Below, piece after piece: positions 18,779 through 29,657 of a stretch of 56,195 nt of DNA. Numbering within the stretch: position 1 is the stretch's first letter; each line of letters opens with the position of its first letter. Below the pieces are notes generated by a model. It saw nothing but the letters and a program-made list of their open reading frames with translations, was not told where the DNA came from and ran no database searches. This stretch comes from a virus (lineage: Duplodnaviria; Caudoviricetes): IMG/VR virus record IMGVR_UViG_3300025128_000045, positions 1-56,195 of that record. One strand, 5' to 3'. The position numbers and the translations under genes are program-made.

Positions 18779-20335
18779 ATGGCTGATTATTTAAGTGCGA
18801 TAACTCCAAGTACTGATTTAACTGTTGCCGATTTTGATGGTAGAGGTCCGGGCACGAGTACAAATTTTGATACTGGTGACATAAGACGAAAATATAACTT
18901 CGGTGACAAGGTTTCTGAGCTTTCAATAGCTCAAGACCCGTTTTTCAGATTTGTTAGTAAAGTCGCAAAAAAACCAACTGATGACCCACAGTTTAAATGG
19001 GCAGAAAAAAGAGATTCTTGGCATAAAAGATATGCATATGTTATGGGTATGGTAAATGCTTCTGGTGTAGATGTGTTTGGTGACCAGCAAGCTATTGCTA
19101 CTAATGATGCTGGTACTGGTGCAAATGTTGTAGCCGGTGATACTATTAAAGTGTATATGGCAACTGATTATGCAAGTCAAGGTAATATTCAAAATGTTTA
19201 TAACAGTTCAACAGATACTTATAATGCTGGTGCTACTGGAACAAGACCTGCATTTTTCTTACCCGGTCAAATAGTTAAAATACCAATGGCAAGTGACACT
19301 ACAGTTGATACATGGGGTTCTTCTTACCTTATTGGTAAAGTAACTGCAGTAACAGATGGCTTATCAAAAGATTCTCCTTCTAAAGAATGTGTTCTTTTAG
19401 AAATGACTGTTGTTAAAGGTGGCTCAGGTGGTGAATATGCTGGTTGGGTTGGTGATAACTTTTCTCCTTCAGGTGATGGCTCTGGAGACGAAGCTGTTGC
19501 TGATAAGTCTATCTCAGGAAGATTAGAGTTAGGTAGAAGTTATGTTGTTGGTTCAGCTCATGCTGAAGGTTCTGGTTATCCTGAAACTTGGAAAGACCAA
19601 CCATACTCAACTAACATTGGAATGACTCAAATCTGGAAAACTTCAATGGCTATGACTAATACTGCAAGAGCAACAGTTCTTAAGTATGAGCCAAACGAGT
19701 GGGCAAGAGTATGGCAGAATAAGCTTATTGAGCATAAGTACGATATTGAACAATCATTATTATTTGGTACACAGTATACAGACGGTGATAATGTTCAATA
19801 TACTCAAGGTGCAGTTGATTATATTACTAACTATGGTAATGCATTTAGTTTAGCAACATCGACTAAAACAGCAGATGATTTCTTAGATGATATATCAAAT
19901 TATGTAGACCCTCGATATAATAACTCTAAAGCTACTATGTTCTTCTGTAATACAGCAGTTTATAATTGGTTACATAAACTTGGTGGATACTTTAGTAATA
20001 ACCTTAATATTAACTCTAACTTTAGTGCTGACTTAGCAATAACAGGTAGAAAGAAAGTATTAGGATTAGATACTACTAACATCACTACACCATTTGGTGA
20101 TATGAATGTTGTTAGAAATATTCACTTAGACGGAACTAATGTTAAAATGCTTGGTATTAATATGAAGTATTGTAATTATAGACCATTAGTGGGTAATGGT
20201 GTAAACAGAGATACCTCAGTATATGTTGGTGTGCAAACACTTGAAAACTCTGGTATAGATAGACGAGTTGATTTAATCTTAACAGAAGCTGGTATGGAAT
20301 GGTCAATGCCTGAATGCCATGCTATCTGGACTTAA
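18779..20335 (+). CDS. Major capsid protein with large insertion domain
   Basis: DPQFKWAE, TQIWKT...T, EHKYDIEQSLLFG, TPFGDMNVV, ILTEAGME patterns; position. Confidence 0.85.
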   Translation: MADYLSAITPSTDLTVADFDGRGPGTSTNFDTGDIRRKYNFGDKVSELSIAQDPFFRFVSKVAKKPTDDPQFKWAEKRDSWHKRYAYVMGMVNASGVDVFGDQQAIATNDAGTGANVVAGDTIKVYMATDYASQGNIQNVYNSSTDTYNAGATGTRPAFFLPGQIVKIPMASDTTVDTWGSSYLIGKVTAVTDGLSKDSPSKECVLLEMTVVKGGSGGEYAGWVGDNFSPSGDGSGDEAVADKSISGRLELGRSYVVGSAHAEGSGYPETWKDQPYSTNIGMTQIWKTSMAMTNTARATVLKYEPNEWARVWQNKLIEHKYDIEQSLLFGTQYTDGDNVQYTQGAVDYITNYGNAFSLATSTKTADDFLDDISNYVDPRYNNSKATMFFCNTAVYNWLHKLGGYFSNNLNINSNFSADLAITGRKKVLGLDTTNITTPFGDMNVVRNIHLDGTNVKMLGINMKYCNYRPLVGNGVNRDTSVYVGVQTLENSGIDRRVDLILTEAGMEWSMPECHAIWT

Positions 20336-20347
20336 AGGAGGTTTACT

Positions 20348-20920
20348 ATGAGTATACCAATGTATGGACAAAATAGTACAGGTAATGCATTAGGAGCGAT
20401 GGCTAAAAATACTGGTTATAAAGAAATAACTACTGTTACAGCTGGCGATGCTTCACATACATTATCTGAAGATGATGGTGGCATTGTTTTTGTAAATTGT
20501 GCTATGGCGAGTGGAGCAGTTATTAAACTTCCAACAGCGACAACAGATAATATCGGTTTACAATTCCGAATAATATTTGGTGGAACGATGGCTGCAGCGA
20601 TGACTATTGATTTACCTCAAGCTGGTACAGCTGTATATGCAGGTGTTATTACTGGTAATAGATGTGGTAATGGTGCTGGTGTAGCAGATGCAGCAGCTGT
20701 TAATAGAACAACTGTTGTGTGCACAGTAGCTAATCAGGAGAAATCATTAGAGCTTGACCAAGATGATGTTACTTTTGGTGGAGCAATAGGAACAGATTTG
20801 ACATTTACTTATGCATCTAAGGATGTTGTAATTGTTAGTGGAACTGTTACTGTAAATGTTGCTACTACAGCTATTGACTTGCTTCAAGCTACTTCATTTA
20901 CTGGCACAGGCTGGTCTTAA
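20348..20920 (+). CDS. Auxiliary capsid/decoration protein (putative)
   Basis: HTLSEDDGG...KLPTA...GLQFRII; paralogous to next ORF. Confidence 0.6.
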   Translation: MSIPMYGQNSTGNALGAMAKNTGYKEITTVTAGDASHTLSEDDGGIVFVNCAMASGAVIKLPTATTDNIGLQFRIIFGGTMAAAMTIDLPQAGTAVYAGVITGNRCGNGAGVADAAAVNRTTVVCTVANQEKSLELDQDDVTFGGAIGTDLTFTYASKDVVIVSGTVTVNVATTAIDLLQATSFTGTGWS

Positions 20921-20936
20921 TAGAAAGGAGTAACTA

Positions 20937-21362
20937 ATGGCTGATGGAAATGGAACTAAAGTATCGGGAAGTGCCAGCTTTCAGACTGATTCATATATAT
21001 TTAATATGAATAGCTCTTCAGCATCTACTCACACATTAGAACCGGGAGATAGTGGTAAAACCTATCTATTGGATGGTGGAGATGCAGCAAGAACTATTAC
21101 ATTACCTGCAGTAAAAGGTGGATTAAGGTTCAAATTTATCTGCACAGATGTAACAACTGCAAGCACTATAGCAACTAACGAAGCAACTGCATTAATTAAA
21201 GGTGGAATACTTTTAGCTACAGCTTGGGAAACCTTAGCTGGAACTACAATAACAGCCACTACTAATAATGTAGTAGGAGATTGGATTGAATTAGTATCTG
21301 ATGGTACATATTGGTACATATCGGGTCAGTCTGGTCATGCTAATGGTTTTACAGTAGCATAA
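20937..21362 (+). CDS. Auxiliary capsid/decoration protein (putative)
   Basis: HTLEPGDSG...TLPAVKGGLRFKFI...GDWIELVSDGTYWYI. Confidence 0.6.
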   Translation: MADGNGTKVSGSASFQTDSYIFNMNSSSASTHTLEPGDSGKTYLLDGGDAARTITLPAVKGGLRFKFICTDVTTASTIATNEATALIKGGILLATAWETLAGTTITATTNNVVGDWIELVSDGTYWYISGQSGHANGFTVA

Positions 21363-21371
21363 ATAATAACT

Positions 21372-21424
21372 TAAGGGCTGTCTGAATCGAGGCACTTTTC
21401 CTCCTCCTTTCAGGCAGTCACTTA
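21372..21424 (+). promoter_or_regulatory. Long intergenic stem-loop after capsid genes
   Basis: TAAGGGCTGTCTGAA pairs with TTCAGGCAGTCACTTA; no U-tract follows. Confidence 0.5.
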
Positions 21425-21466
21425 TACAACTCATTCACGCTTTTGTCAAGCTTAGAGAGGAAGTAA

Positions 21467-23161
21467 ATGGCAACATTTGAAGCACAAGTAAATGCATTGA
21501 CGAACCTAAATATAGGTTCTACATCTACAGACCCCGGTCAAACAGAACTTTCGCAGTTCCTGAAAGATGGTGTATTAGAAGTAACTAATAAATGTATAGC
21601 ACTTAAACCACAAGATGCTTTTATGTTTTTAAGAGAATCTTCCGAAGGAACATCTCAAGGAGCTGTATCTACTGATTCAGGAAAAGTACTTAATGTAGTT
21701 AGGGAAGCTGGTGTAAATAATGATTGGAGGGAATGTAGATATATTCCATTAGGGCTTCAATCTACTGTTACTGATACAGATAGTCTTCATTATGCTTCTA
21801 AATATAATCCTGCTTATACAATAGCCGATGATGGAAAAATAAATGTCTATCCAGAACCCGATTCAAATCCAAATGCTTATAAGATTTATTATATTAATGG
21901 AACACCAATCGACCAAACAGGTAGTTCTGCTTTAGTATATTCACACAATAATATAAAACATTTTCCAGAAGATAAAGTTTATTTAGTAGTCCTTTATGCT
22001 TCTATGCAATCTTTAAAAGCTAAAATGGCTTCTAAAAGTGGTTTATTACCTTTAGATATAGCTATACCTGCATTGCCTGCAAGTATTACACTTGATACAA
22101 TTTCAACATCTTTACCAAGCTTTATAGAGCCGGGTGGTTTTGTTTTACCTCAAGCACCAGCAGATGCAAATATTGATTTTTCAAATGTACCAACTTTTCC
22201 AACTTTTAATAAACCTGTGTTTGCAGCACCGACATTAGGTACAGTAGCTGCTTTAATTCTTCCTTCACCCCCGGCAGTACCAGAATCAACAGCCCAATCT
22301 GTAGCATTCTCAACTACAGCACCAACATATAGTGGTCCAACATTAGCACCTGATTTTAGTGATGTAGAAAAATGGATTACACAGGAAGAAGATTCTGAAA
22401 TGGCAAGTACAAGATTAAATGCTATATCAAGCCAGATACAAGAGTTTAGTACTAAGATACAAGATGCATCTCAAAAATTTAATAAAGAAAATGCAGAATA
22501 TCAAGCTCAATTACAAATTTCAATGAAAAATGCTGATTTAAGCCAACAAGATGAAGCAAATAAACTTCAAACTTTTTCTAATCGAATGGCACAATATCAA
22601 GCTGAAGTTAATACAAAAATTCAACAATGGACTAATGAAGAGTGGACACAAAATTTTCAAAAATATACTACAGATTATGGTAATTTATTAAACGAGTATT
22701 CTACTAATGTTCAAAATGAAACAGCAAAAGTTAATAATGTTGTTCAAGAATATTCTCAAGAAATAGCAAAAGCTACTCAAACATATCAAGCAGAAACTGG
22801 GTATGATATATCTAAATATCAGGCTCAAGTACAAGGTGAATTGCAAAGATTTACACAAGATTTAACTAAAAAGAGTACAGATTTCCAAAATAATATAAGT
22901 AAATATTCTACTGAAGTGAATGGGGTTAATTCTTCAAACAGTAATAAACTTTCAAAATATAATGCAGAAGTTCAAACATTTACAGCTGAAATCCAAGGTA
23001 AAGTATCAGAATATGATGCAAAACTTAAAAAGCAAACTACTGATTATCAATGGCTAAATGCTCAACATGATAAGATTAAAGCTCAGTATGATGATGCTTT
23101 TATGGCAATGGCAAGAATGGGTGAGGTGGAAACTGCACGACAACAACAGCAAGGAGCTTAA
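21467..23161 (+). CDS. Head-tail adaptor-like protein with Pro-rich linker and Gln-rich coiled coil
   Basis: SQFLKDG...PAY...INVYPEP...IYYI...FPE..VYLVVLYA adaptor pattern. Confidence 0.6.
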   Translation: MATFEAQVNALTNLNIGSTSTDPGQTELSQFLKDGVLEVTNKCIALKPQDAFMFLRESSEGTSQGAVSTDSGKVLNVVREAGVNNDWRECRYIPLGLQSTVTDTDSLHYASKYNPAYTIADDGKINVYPEPDSNPNAYKIYYINGTPIDQTGSSALVYSHNNIKHFPEDKVYLVVLYASMQSLKAKMASKSGLLPLDIAIPALPASITLDTISTSLPSFIEPGGFVLPQAPADANIDFSNVPTFPTFNKPVFAAPTLGTVAALILPSPPAVPESTAQSVAFSTTAPTYSGPTLAPDFSDVEKWITQEEDSEMASTRLNAISSQIQEFSTKIQDASQKFNKENAEYQAQLQISMKNADLSQQDEANKLQTFSNRMAQYQAEVNTKIQQWTNEEWTQNFQKYTTDYGNLLNEYSTNVQNETAKVNNVVQEYSQEIAKATQTYQAETGYDISKYQAQVQGELQRFTQDLTKKSTDFQNNISKYSTEVNGVNSSNSNKLSKYNAEVQTFTAEIQGKVSEYDAKLKKQTTDYQWLNAQHDKIKAQYDDAFMAMARMGEVETARQQQQGA

Positions 23162-23163
23162 TA

Positions 23164-23652
23164 ATGGCAGCAGATAGAGCAACAGTAAGTATATCAGCAT
23201 CACTTTTACCCGATGAAATTAAAACAAGCATTAGTGGAACAACTGTTTATGATTTAGATGATTTTGGTGATAATAATAAATGGGTATATACACTTACTAA
23301 TGTAGGTGGAACATCAGAGGATTTAATAACAACAGGTACTACTTATTTAGGGCAAGGGACATCTGACGAAGGTGCTACTGGAACTACTCAAGGTACGGAT
23401 GATGTGTTATTTATTTTTGTAAAACATTCAGGAACTACCAATGGTAGTACAACTACTACTGCAAATCTTCATATAAGTACAGCAGCTGGAACTGCTTCAG
23501 GGACTGCAACTGGTGATGTAGTATTAAAGCCAAATGAATGTTGGTTTGCAAGACTAAGTACTGATACTAAAATACAAGATATAAATGGAGATTCTTCGTC
23601 TGGAGTAGTTCAAGCACAGGTATTTGCTATATGTGATGATGGTGGAGTATAA
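23164..23652 (+). CDS. Virion structural protein
   Basis: T/G/S/D-rich beta protein in morphogenesis operon. Confidence 0.7.
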   Translation: MAADRATVSISASLLPDEIKTSISGTTVYDLDDFGDNNKWVYTLTNVGGTSEDLITTGTTYLGQGTSDEGATGTTQGTDDVLFIFVKHSGTTNGSTTTTANLHISTAAGTASGTATGDVVLKPNECWFARLSTDTKIQDINGDSSSGVVQAQVFAICDDGGV

Positions 23653-23933
23653 TGAAAGTCCAAGAACTTATGGAAAGGGTTGGAACTAATCAAACAGGTC
23701 GTGCTGTTGCATATATAAAGGATGCTTTAGAAGAGCTTGCTTTATATTATCCAACTAATATAACGACTGAAAGAATAGATATTACTGAAGACCAGCGATA
23801 CTATGACTTTCCAGAAGATGCAGTAAAAATCCTCGACATAAGAGTTAAAAATCATTTAAATGGAGATGATAAGTATAGAAGTATACCTCGTATGGTTCAT
23901 CCACCAATGGAAGAGGATGCAGATGGAGTGTAG
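23652..23933 (+). CDS. Adaptor-like protein, N-terminal half
   Basis: AYIKDALEEL...DITEDQRYYDFPEDAVKILDIRV. Confidence 0.65.
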   Translation: MKVQELMERVGTNQTGRAVAYIKDALEELALYYPTNITTERIDITEDQRYYDFPEDAVKILDIRVKNHLNGDDKYRSIPRMVHPPMEEDADGV

Positions 23934-24620
23934 ATGGCTGATATAAAAGAATATTCATATTACCGTAGAGGTAGTCAATTCGCTATTATGGAAGTGGACA
24001 CCACGACATTACCAAATACTACATTCCAAGGTGACACTCTGTGGAAAAGCCCTCAATCTTCTATAGCAGATGGTATTGAGATTGAGTACTCTTATAGTGG
24101 TAAGTATTTTATAGAAACAACTAACGATGTAGACACAAATATTACTCAATATATGTCTACGGATGGCAAATTAACTATAGCAGATAATACAAGTACTTAT
24201 ATTAACTATGCTACAACTTATGCTTTAGCTGCTGATAAATATATTGTTTTAAGAAAAGCAGGAAGATTTAATGGTTTGCATAAAATAGAATCAGTTGGTA
24301 ACAATACTGGTACAAATAATAAGATTATATTAACTACTAAATACTCTGGTAGTGAGGCTGCTTGGACAGACTTTGAAGAAACACCTAATTTATATTATGC
24401 TGTTGATGTTTTGAACGATGAGGAAGATACAATTCCGGTTTCAGAACATTTAGCAAAAGCAATAGTTTATTATGTTAAAGCAAAGCTGGCAGAAGATGCC
24501 GGACAGATAGATATAAAAGAATATAATATGAAAGAGTTTTATAGACTCGCTCATAAATCAAAAGCATCGAGAGAATACGGACCGACAATGGTTATTCCGG
24601 GCTCTCATGCAATAAGATAG
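23934..24620 (+). CDS. Adaptor-like protein, C-terminal half with insertion
   Basis: YSYYRRG...IEIEY...DEEDTIPVSEHLAKAIVYYVKAK; in frame with preceding TAG. Confidence 0.65.
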   Translation: MADIKEYSYYRRGSQFAIMEVDTTTLPNTTFQGDTLWKSPQSSIADGIEIEYSYSGKYFIETTNDVDTNITQYMSTDGKLTIADNTSTYINYATTYALAADKYIVLRKAGRFNGLHKIESVGNNTGTNNKIILTTKYSGSEAAWTDFEETPNLYYAVDVLNDEEDTIPVSEHLAKAIVYYVKAKLAEDAGQIDIKEYNMKEFYRLAHKSKASREYGPTMVIPGSHAIR

Positions 24621-24629
24621 GAGTCAGAA

Positions 24630-24962
24630 ATGGCAAGTGGAATACACAAGTTTACAGTACAGGAAAGTCAGAATCTTGGATTAGGTCAAGGTGGAGTCGC
24701 TTATCTTAGTGATACAGATACATATACTCCTCCTTCTAATACAGTTGTAGTAGCTATAACATTTATTGAAGATACAGTTTTTGCATCTGGAACTACTGTA
24801 GAATCTACTAAATTTACAACTCAAGGCACAGCTGCAACAGGATTAGGTACAAATGGAGATGCTTTTGGTACAGATACTTTCCCAGCAGGTGTAACTATAT
24901 ATGGTAGATTTACAGCAGTAGATTTAGCTTCTGGTTCAGCTATGTTATATGTAGGAGCATAA
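24630..24962 (+). CDS. Virion structural protein
   Basis: FPAGVTIYGRFTAVDLASGSAMLY; AGGAG RBS. Confidence 0.7.
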   Translation: MASGIHKFTVQESQNLGLGQGGVAYLSDTDTYTPPSNTVVVAITFIEDTVFASGTTVESTKFTTQGTAATGLGTNGDAFGTDTFPAGVTIYGRFTAVDLASGSAMLYVGA

Positions 24963-26782
24963 TGCCTTCATTAGGTTTATCAACAACTAAGGCAGGTGGT
25001 ATAGTTTCATCTTATGTAAAAGATGGTCTTAAACTATATATGCCTTACAACTCTCCTAAAGAAGTTAAGTTTGTAGGAGAAGGTAGTACATTATTTGATG
25101 GCTCTAATGACTATATAGATTTAGGTTCTAAAGCAACATCAGGAACTGATGCAACTGTATCTGCTTGGATATATACAAAGGATGCAAATGTAAATGATAT
25201 ATTAAGATTTGGCGATTTTATGATAAGGATGCAAGATGATACATCTGTTCTTACTTATCCTGATGGTGGTGGTACAGCATCTGATGTTACAGTCCCAAGT
25301 GTATTAAATAAATGGGTTCATATTTGTTCTGTTATAAAAGGTAGTACTGTAAGTGTTTATTATAATGGTGAGTTTGTTGAAACTGATACAGGTACAGGTA
25401 CTTTATCAACAGATAGCATGGCTTCATATATTGGAAGAATGGGTTCTGATTATTTTAATGGTTATATAAAAAATGTAGGATTCTGGAATAGAGCCTTATC
25501 TAATACAGAGGTAAGTAATATAGTATATAAAACTTATACAGACTTATCAAGTACTTTAACTTCAGGGCTTGTATCTTGGTGGGCTTTAGAAGAAAGCAAA
25601 AGTGGAGATGCTACTAAAGTAGTAGACTCGACAGGTACAAATGAAGGTACATTAGGAGATGGTGCTACTTCAAGTCTATATCCTACTGTAGCAGCATATG
25701 GAGCAGCAACTCTCTATGGTGGAACAACTCCACTTATCCCAAGAGGATTTGATAATGCTCCAACAGTACAAGCAGATGCTATAGGTACAGGGTATGCAGA
25801 TTTTGGGGATGCTACTACTAATTATATAACTTTTGATGATATAGCTTTAACAGGTGATTTTACAGTTAGTGGTTGGTACTACATGCATGATGTTACTACA
25901 ACAAATAATTTATTTGGAGATGCAGATAATCAAGATTGGTTTAGAGTTGAAAGTGCTACACAGATGGAGTTTAAAATAGCTAATTCTTCTTTATCAGCAT
26001 TTAATACAGGATTTACTCTTGCTAATAATAAATGGGTTTTTATAACTGCTACAAGAACAAGTGATGCTATAGTTATTTATGTTAATGGGGTAAAAGGTTC
26101 AGGTGGAACTAAATCAGGAACATTCACTCCTCATTTTTTAGGTGTTAAAAATAGCAGTTCATGGTCTGATTGGTTTCATGGTAAAATGAAAAATATAGCT
26201 ATATGGGGCAGAGCCTTAACACAAATTGAAATTTTATCAGTTATGGAGAAATCTTATTCAGAACTTATATCAAGTGAAAAGACTGACCTAAAAGCATGGT
26301 GGGGTATGGATAGTGCTGTAGGAGACCATTTAAAACATGTAGCAGATGAACATGGTGGTGTTTTAGGGAGTGAAATATTAAAAGACCCTGAATTTAATGT
26401 TGATGTAGCAGAAGGTGGAAACGAACCTAATGGATGGCAACTACAATCGAGTACTGGTACATGGAATATAAGCAATGGTTTTCTTAACTGTGAAGGTATA
26501 GCTGGTGGTGAAAATTGTATTGCTAATGACAATATTGCTATTGTAGGAGGAAAAACATATAAAATTGTAATTGTAGTATCAGACTGGGTTCAAGGGCAAG
26601 TATTACCTTATATTGGAGATGCAGTAGGAACGAATACAGGTAATGCAAATGGTACTTATGTTCAATATATTACAGCGACAAATACAACACGACCTATATT
26701 AAAGGCTCAAAGTACTCCAATACTTAAAGTGAATAGTTTTTCAGTTAAAGAAGTTTCAGGTAATTATGGGAGATTAAGATAA
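24962..26782 (+). CDS. LamG/concanavalin A-like domain fibre or spike protein
   Basis: FDGSNDYI, TVSAWI, WVHI, YYNGE, FNGYIKNVGFWNRALS; second LamG copy. Confidence 0.85.
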   Translation: MPSLGLSTTKAGGIVSSYVKDGLKLYMPYNSPKEVKFVGEGSTLFDGSNDYIDLGSKATSGTDATVSAWIYTKDANVNDILRFGDFMIRMQDDTSVLTYPDGGGTASDVTVPSVLNKWVHICSVIKGSTVSVYYNGEFVETDTGTGTLSTDSMASYIGRMGSDYFNGYIKNVGFWNRALSNTEVSNIVYKTYTDLSSTLTSGLVSWWALEESKSGDATKVVDSTGTNEGTLGDGATSSLYPTVAAYGAATLYGGTTPLIPRGFDNAPTVQADAIGTGYADFGDATTNYITFDDIALTGDFTVSGWYYMHDVTTTNNLFGDADNQDWFRVESATQMEFKIANSSLSAFNTGFTLANNKWVFITATRTSDAIVIYVNGVKGSGGTKSGTFTPHFLGVKNSSSWSDWFHGKMKNIAIWGRALTQIEILSVMEKSYSELISSEKTDLKAWWGMDSAVGDHLKHVADEHGGVLGSEILKDPEFNVDVAEGGNEPNGWQLQSSTGTWNISNGFLNCEGIAGGENCIANDNIAIVGGKTYKIVIVVSDWVQGQVLPYIGDAVGTNTGNANGTYVQYITATNTTRPILKAQSTPILKVNSFSVKEVSGNYGRLR

Positions 26783-29655
26783 TGGCTGTAACAATAACAA
26801 CATCTCAAACTGCTTCTACATTACCTCAAAAGAAAGGTGACCCACCAAACTTAGGTACAGTTAAGTCAGGTAGAGCATTAGCTTTTGATGGAGTTGTGGA
26901 TTATTTAACACATACAGCAACAGATGCTTTTGAAGAATTTACAGTTGCAGTATGGATAAATGTTGATGCAATTAGTGGTAGACAAAATATTTCACATGGT
27001 AGTGGTGCAGGAGAATATCTTAGTATTAATGTTGGTGCAACTGATAAATATGACCTTCAAATGTATACTGGAGATATTGCTCTTGGAGATGGAGGATGGC
27101 TACAAGGTGGAATTGTATTAAATATAGATACTTGGTATAGGGTAGTTTTTATATTTAAGAAAAATAGTAGTGCTGGAGATTATAAAACATATGTTAATGG
27201 AGTAGAAGATACAACTGGTCATTTCCCTTTTGAAGGAGATGGTGATTACACAAATGGTACTTTCTTAAGAGTAGGTAGTCAAGGTGGTACTTCAAGATTT
27301 TTTAATGGTATGATGTCTAACTATCAAGTTTGGAATACTTCTTGGACTTTAGCAGATGTTCAATATGATTACACTCATCCAGAGATGTTAGCACATACAA
27401 GAGGTGATTCTTCTTTAATAGAGTCTAATCTAAAACTTTGGTATCCAATGACTGAAGGTAATCCTGAAAGTCCTCAGACAACTATATTTGATGGTAGTCC
27501 TAAAGGCTTAGGAAGTGAAATACTTGCTAATCCTAACTTTGATGAAGATAGTGATTGGTCTAAATATGGAACACCTACAGCAACAATTAATAATGGTATT
27601 GCAACTTTGCCTGATGGTAGTTCATATATAACTCAAACTGTTTTAACAGTAGGTAAAGTTTATTATTATGCCATAGTAGCAAGAGGTATTACTGGTGATG
27701 GTGATTTAAACATAGCAGATGGTGATACTACTCACGACCAATATTCCGATATTCCAACAACTAATGCTACATATAGTGGTTATTTTACAGCAAGAGGAAC
27801 ATTATTTACTTTATCAGAAAGTGGAGTTGGAGGAGTTTATGTAGATAGTGCTTCAGTAAAAGAAGTTCGAAGAGGCAATCATGCTACATCTGTCTTTTAT
27901 GGAGATGAGATGGTATCTGAAGGAGACTTTTCAGGTGCTGATGATGATGACCCTTGGGTAACAAATGCAGGTTGGGCGATAGCAAGTAATAAAGCTACTT
28001 GTAGTGCTAATAATAATACTTTGACACAAGCTATATCTCCAGTTGCAGGGAAAACATATAGAGTAAGTGTAGATGTAACATTGACAAGTGGAGAGTTGTA
28101 TATAAAGGTAGGCAATGCATCTATTCAGACTACTACAAGCTCAGGAGTTCAGACTTTTGATTTTGTAGCATCTAATACAGATGCTTTAATATTTTATGGT
28201 GGTGCTTTTAGAGGTTATTTAGAAGATGTATCAGTTAAAGAAGTAGGTCTATCTACTACAGGGCATGTAGAAGGACAAGAGACTATCTTTCAACCTGCTT
28301 TTGTAAGACAGAGTAGGAAGATAGCATTTGATGGTGTGGATGATTATGTAAGTATATCTGATAATGCTTCACTGGATTTTGGTTCATCAGATGATTTTTC
28401 AATAAATATATGGGCTAATTTAGCCAATGACCATGTTATAAATTATGCAAGTTTTGTAAAAAAAGCAAGTGAAAGACAATATAACACTTTCACTGGATAT
28501 AATTTAGCATTATTTGGGAGTGGTATTACACAAGGTGCATCATATATTAAGGCGTATATATCTGATGGTTCGACTAAAGTGAGTGCAGATGCAACTCAAA
28601 CTCTTAGTAATTATAGTGGATGGAATATGATTACTATGGTAGTAAATAGAAGTAATGATATATTATATTTATATATTAATGGAATGTTAGAGGATTCATC
28701 TGATATAAGTGCTGTTGGAGACCTTAGTAATGGAAATAATTTAGAGTTTGGGCGTGATAATAAATACGAAAGAGGAACTCTTGACGAAGTTGCTATTTTG
28801 GATGAAGCATTAACATTATCCCAAATACAAGAACTTTATAATAATGGTGTTCCTTTTGATTTAGTAAATAACAGTCTTACAAGTAGTCCTACTTTAAATG
28901 GCTATTGGAGAAATAATGTTCTTCATACAGATGGTACATGGAAAGATTTATCTACAAATAGTAATAATGGAACTTTATCAGGTGGCTCTACAGTCATCTT
29001 CCCTGAAGGTACAACATCTGGTAGAGATATTAATGGCTTCTTCTTAACTCATTCTAATAAGAATTATTTATCTTTAGATGGAGTTAAAACTCATGTTGAT
29101 ATTCCCTATAGTCCTGTTTTTGATATGGGCACTGGAGATTTTAGTATAGAAGGATGGATAAAGACAGAAGTTGCAAGTGACTATCAGCAAGTTATATGGT
29201 TAGGAGATACTGCTGAATCTATAAGATTTTATCTTGCATCAAATGGTACTGGTACTTTTAAAATTGATGAGGGTTCAAGTGATGATGAATTAACTACTAC
29301 TGTTAGTACTTGGGATGATAATATATGGACTCATTTTGTATGTGTATGCGATAGAGCAAATGCTAAACTAAAAATTTATAAAGATGCAGAACTTATTGCA
29401 CAAGATGATATAAATACTACAGATATTACAGCTTCAGAAACTTTAAATTCTCCAACAGGTATTTTAATAGGAAAACATTGGTCTGATTATGGTACTAATT
29501 TCAAAGGCTTTATAGATGATGTTAGAGTATATAATAGAGTATTAACAGATGGAGGACTTTCTTTAGGTGATAGTGCTAATATAACTTCTGGTAATACAGC
29601 AGGTGGAGAGATAAGAAAGAATTATAGACATGGTTCAGGAAAACATAAGGATTAG
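26782..29655 (+). CDS. Multi-LamG and carbohydrate-binding-like fibre protein
   Basis: Three LamG-like units (FDGVVDY, FDGVDDY, FKGFIDDVRVYNRVLT) and repeats ending SVKEV. Confidence 0.85.
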   Translation: MAVTITTSQTASTLPQKKGDPPNLGTVKSGRALAFDGVVDYLTHTATDAFEEFTVAVWINVDAISGRQNISHGSGAGEYLSINVGATDKYDLQMYTGDIALGDGGWLQGGIVLNIDTWYRVVFIFKKNSSAGDYKTYVNGVEDTTGHFPFEGDGDYTNGTFLRVGSQGGTSRFFNGMMSNYQVWNTSWTLADVQYDYTHPEMLAHTRGDSSLIESNLKLWYPMTEGNPESPQTTIFDGSPKGLGSEILANPNFDEDSDWSKYGTPTATINNGIATLPDGSSYITQTVLTVGKVYYYAIVARGITGDGDLNIADGDTTHDQYSDIPTTNATYSGYFTARGTLFTLSESGVGGVYVDSASVKEVRRGNHATSVFYGDEMVSEGDFSGADDDDPWVTNAGWAIASNKATCSANNNTLTQAISPVAGKTYRVSVDVTLTSGELYIKVGNASIQTTTSSGVQTFDFVASNTDALIFYGGAFRGYLEDVSVKEVGLSTTGHVEGQETIFQPAFVRQSRKIAFDGVDDYVSISDNASLDFGSSDDFSINIWANLANDHVINYASFVKKASERQYNTFTGYNLALFGSGITQGASYIKAYISDGSTKVSADATQTLSNYSGWNMITMVVNRSNDILYLYINGMLEDSSDISAVGDLSNGNNLEFGRDNKYERGTLDEVAILDEALTLSQIQELYNNGVPFDLVNNSLTSSPTLNGYWRNNVLHTDGTWKDLSTNSNNGTLSGGSTVIFPEGTTSGRDINGFFLTHSNKNYLSLDGVKTHVDIPYSPVFDMGTGDFSIEGWIKTEVASDYQQVIWLGDTAESIRFYLASNGTGTFKIDEGSSDDELTTTVSTWDDNIWTHFVCVCDRANAKLKIYKDAELIAQDDINTTDITASETLNSPTGILIGKHWSDYGTNFKGFIDDVRVYNRVLTDGGLSLGDSANITSGNTAGGEIRKNYRHGSGKHKD

Positions 29656-29657
29656 AT

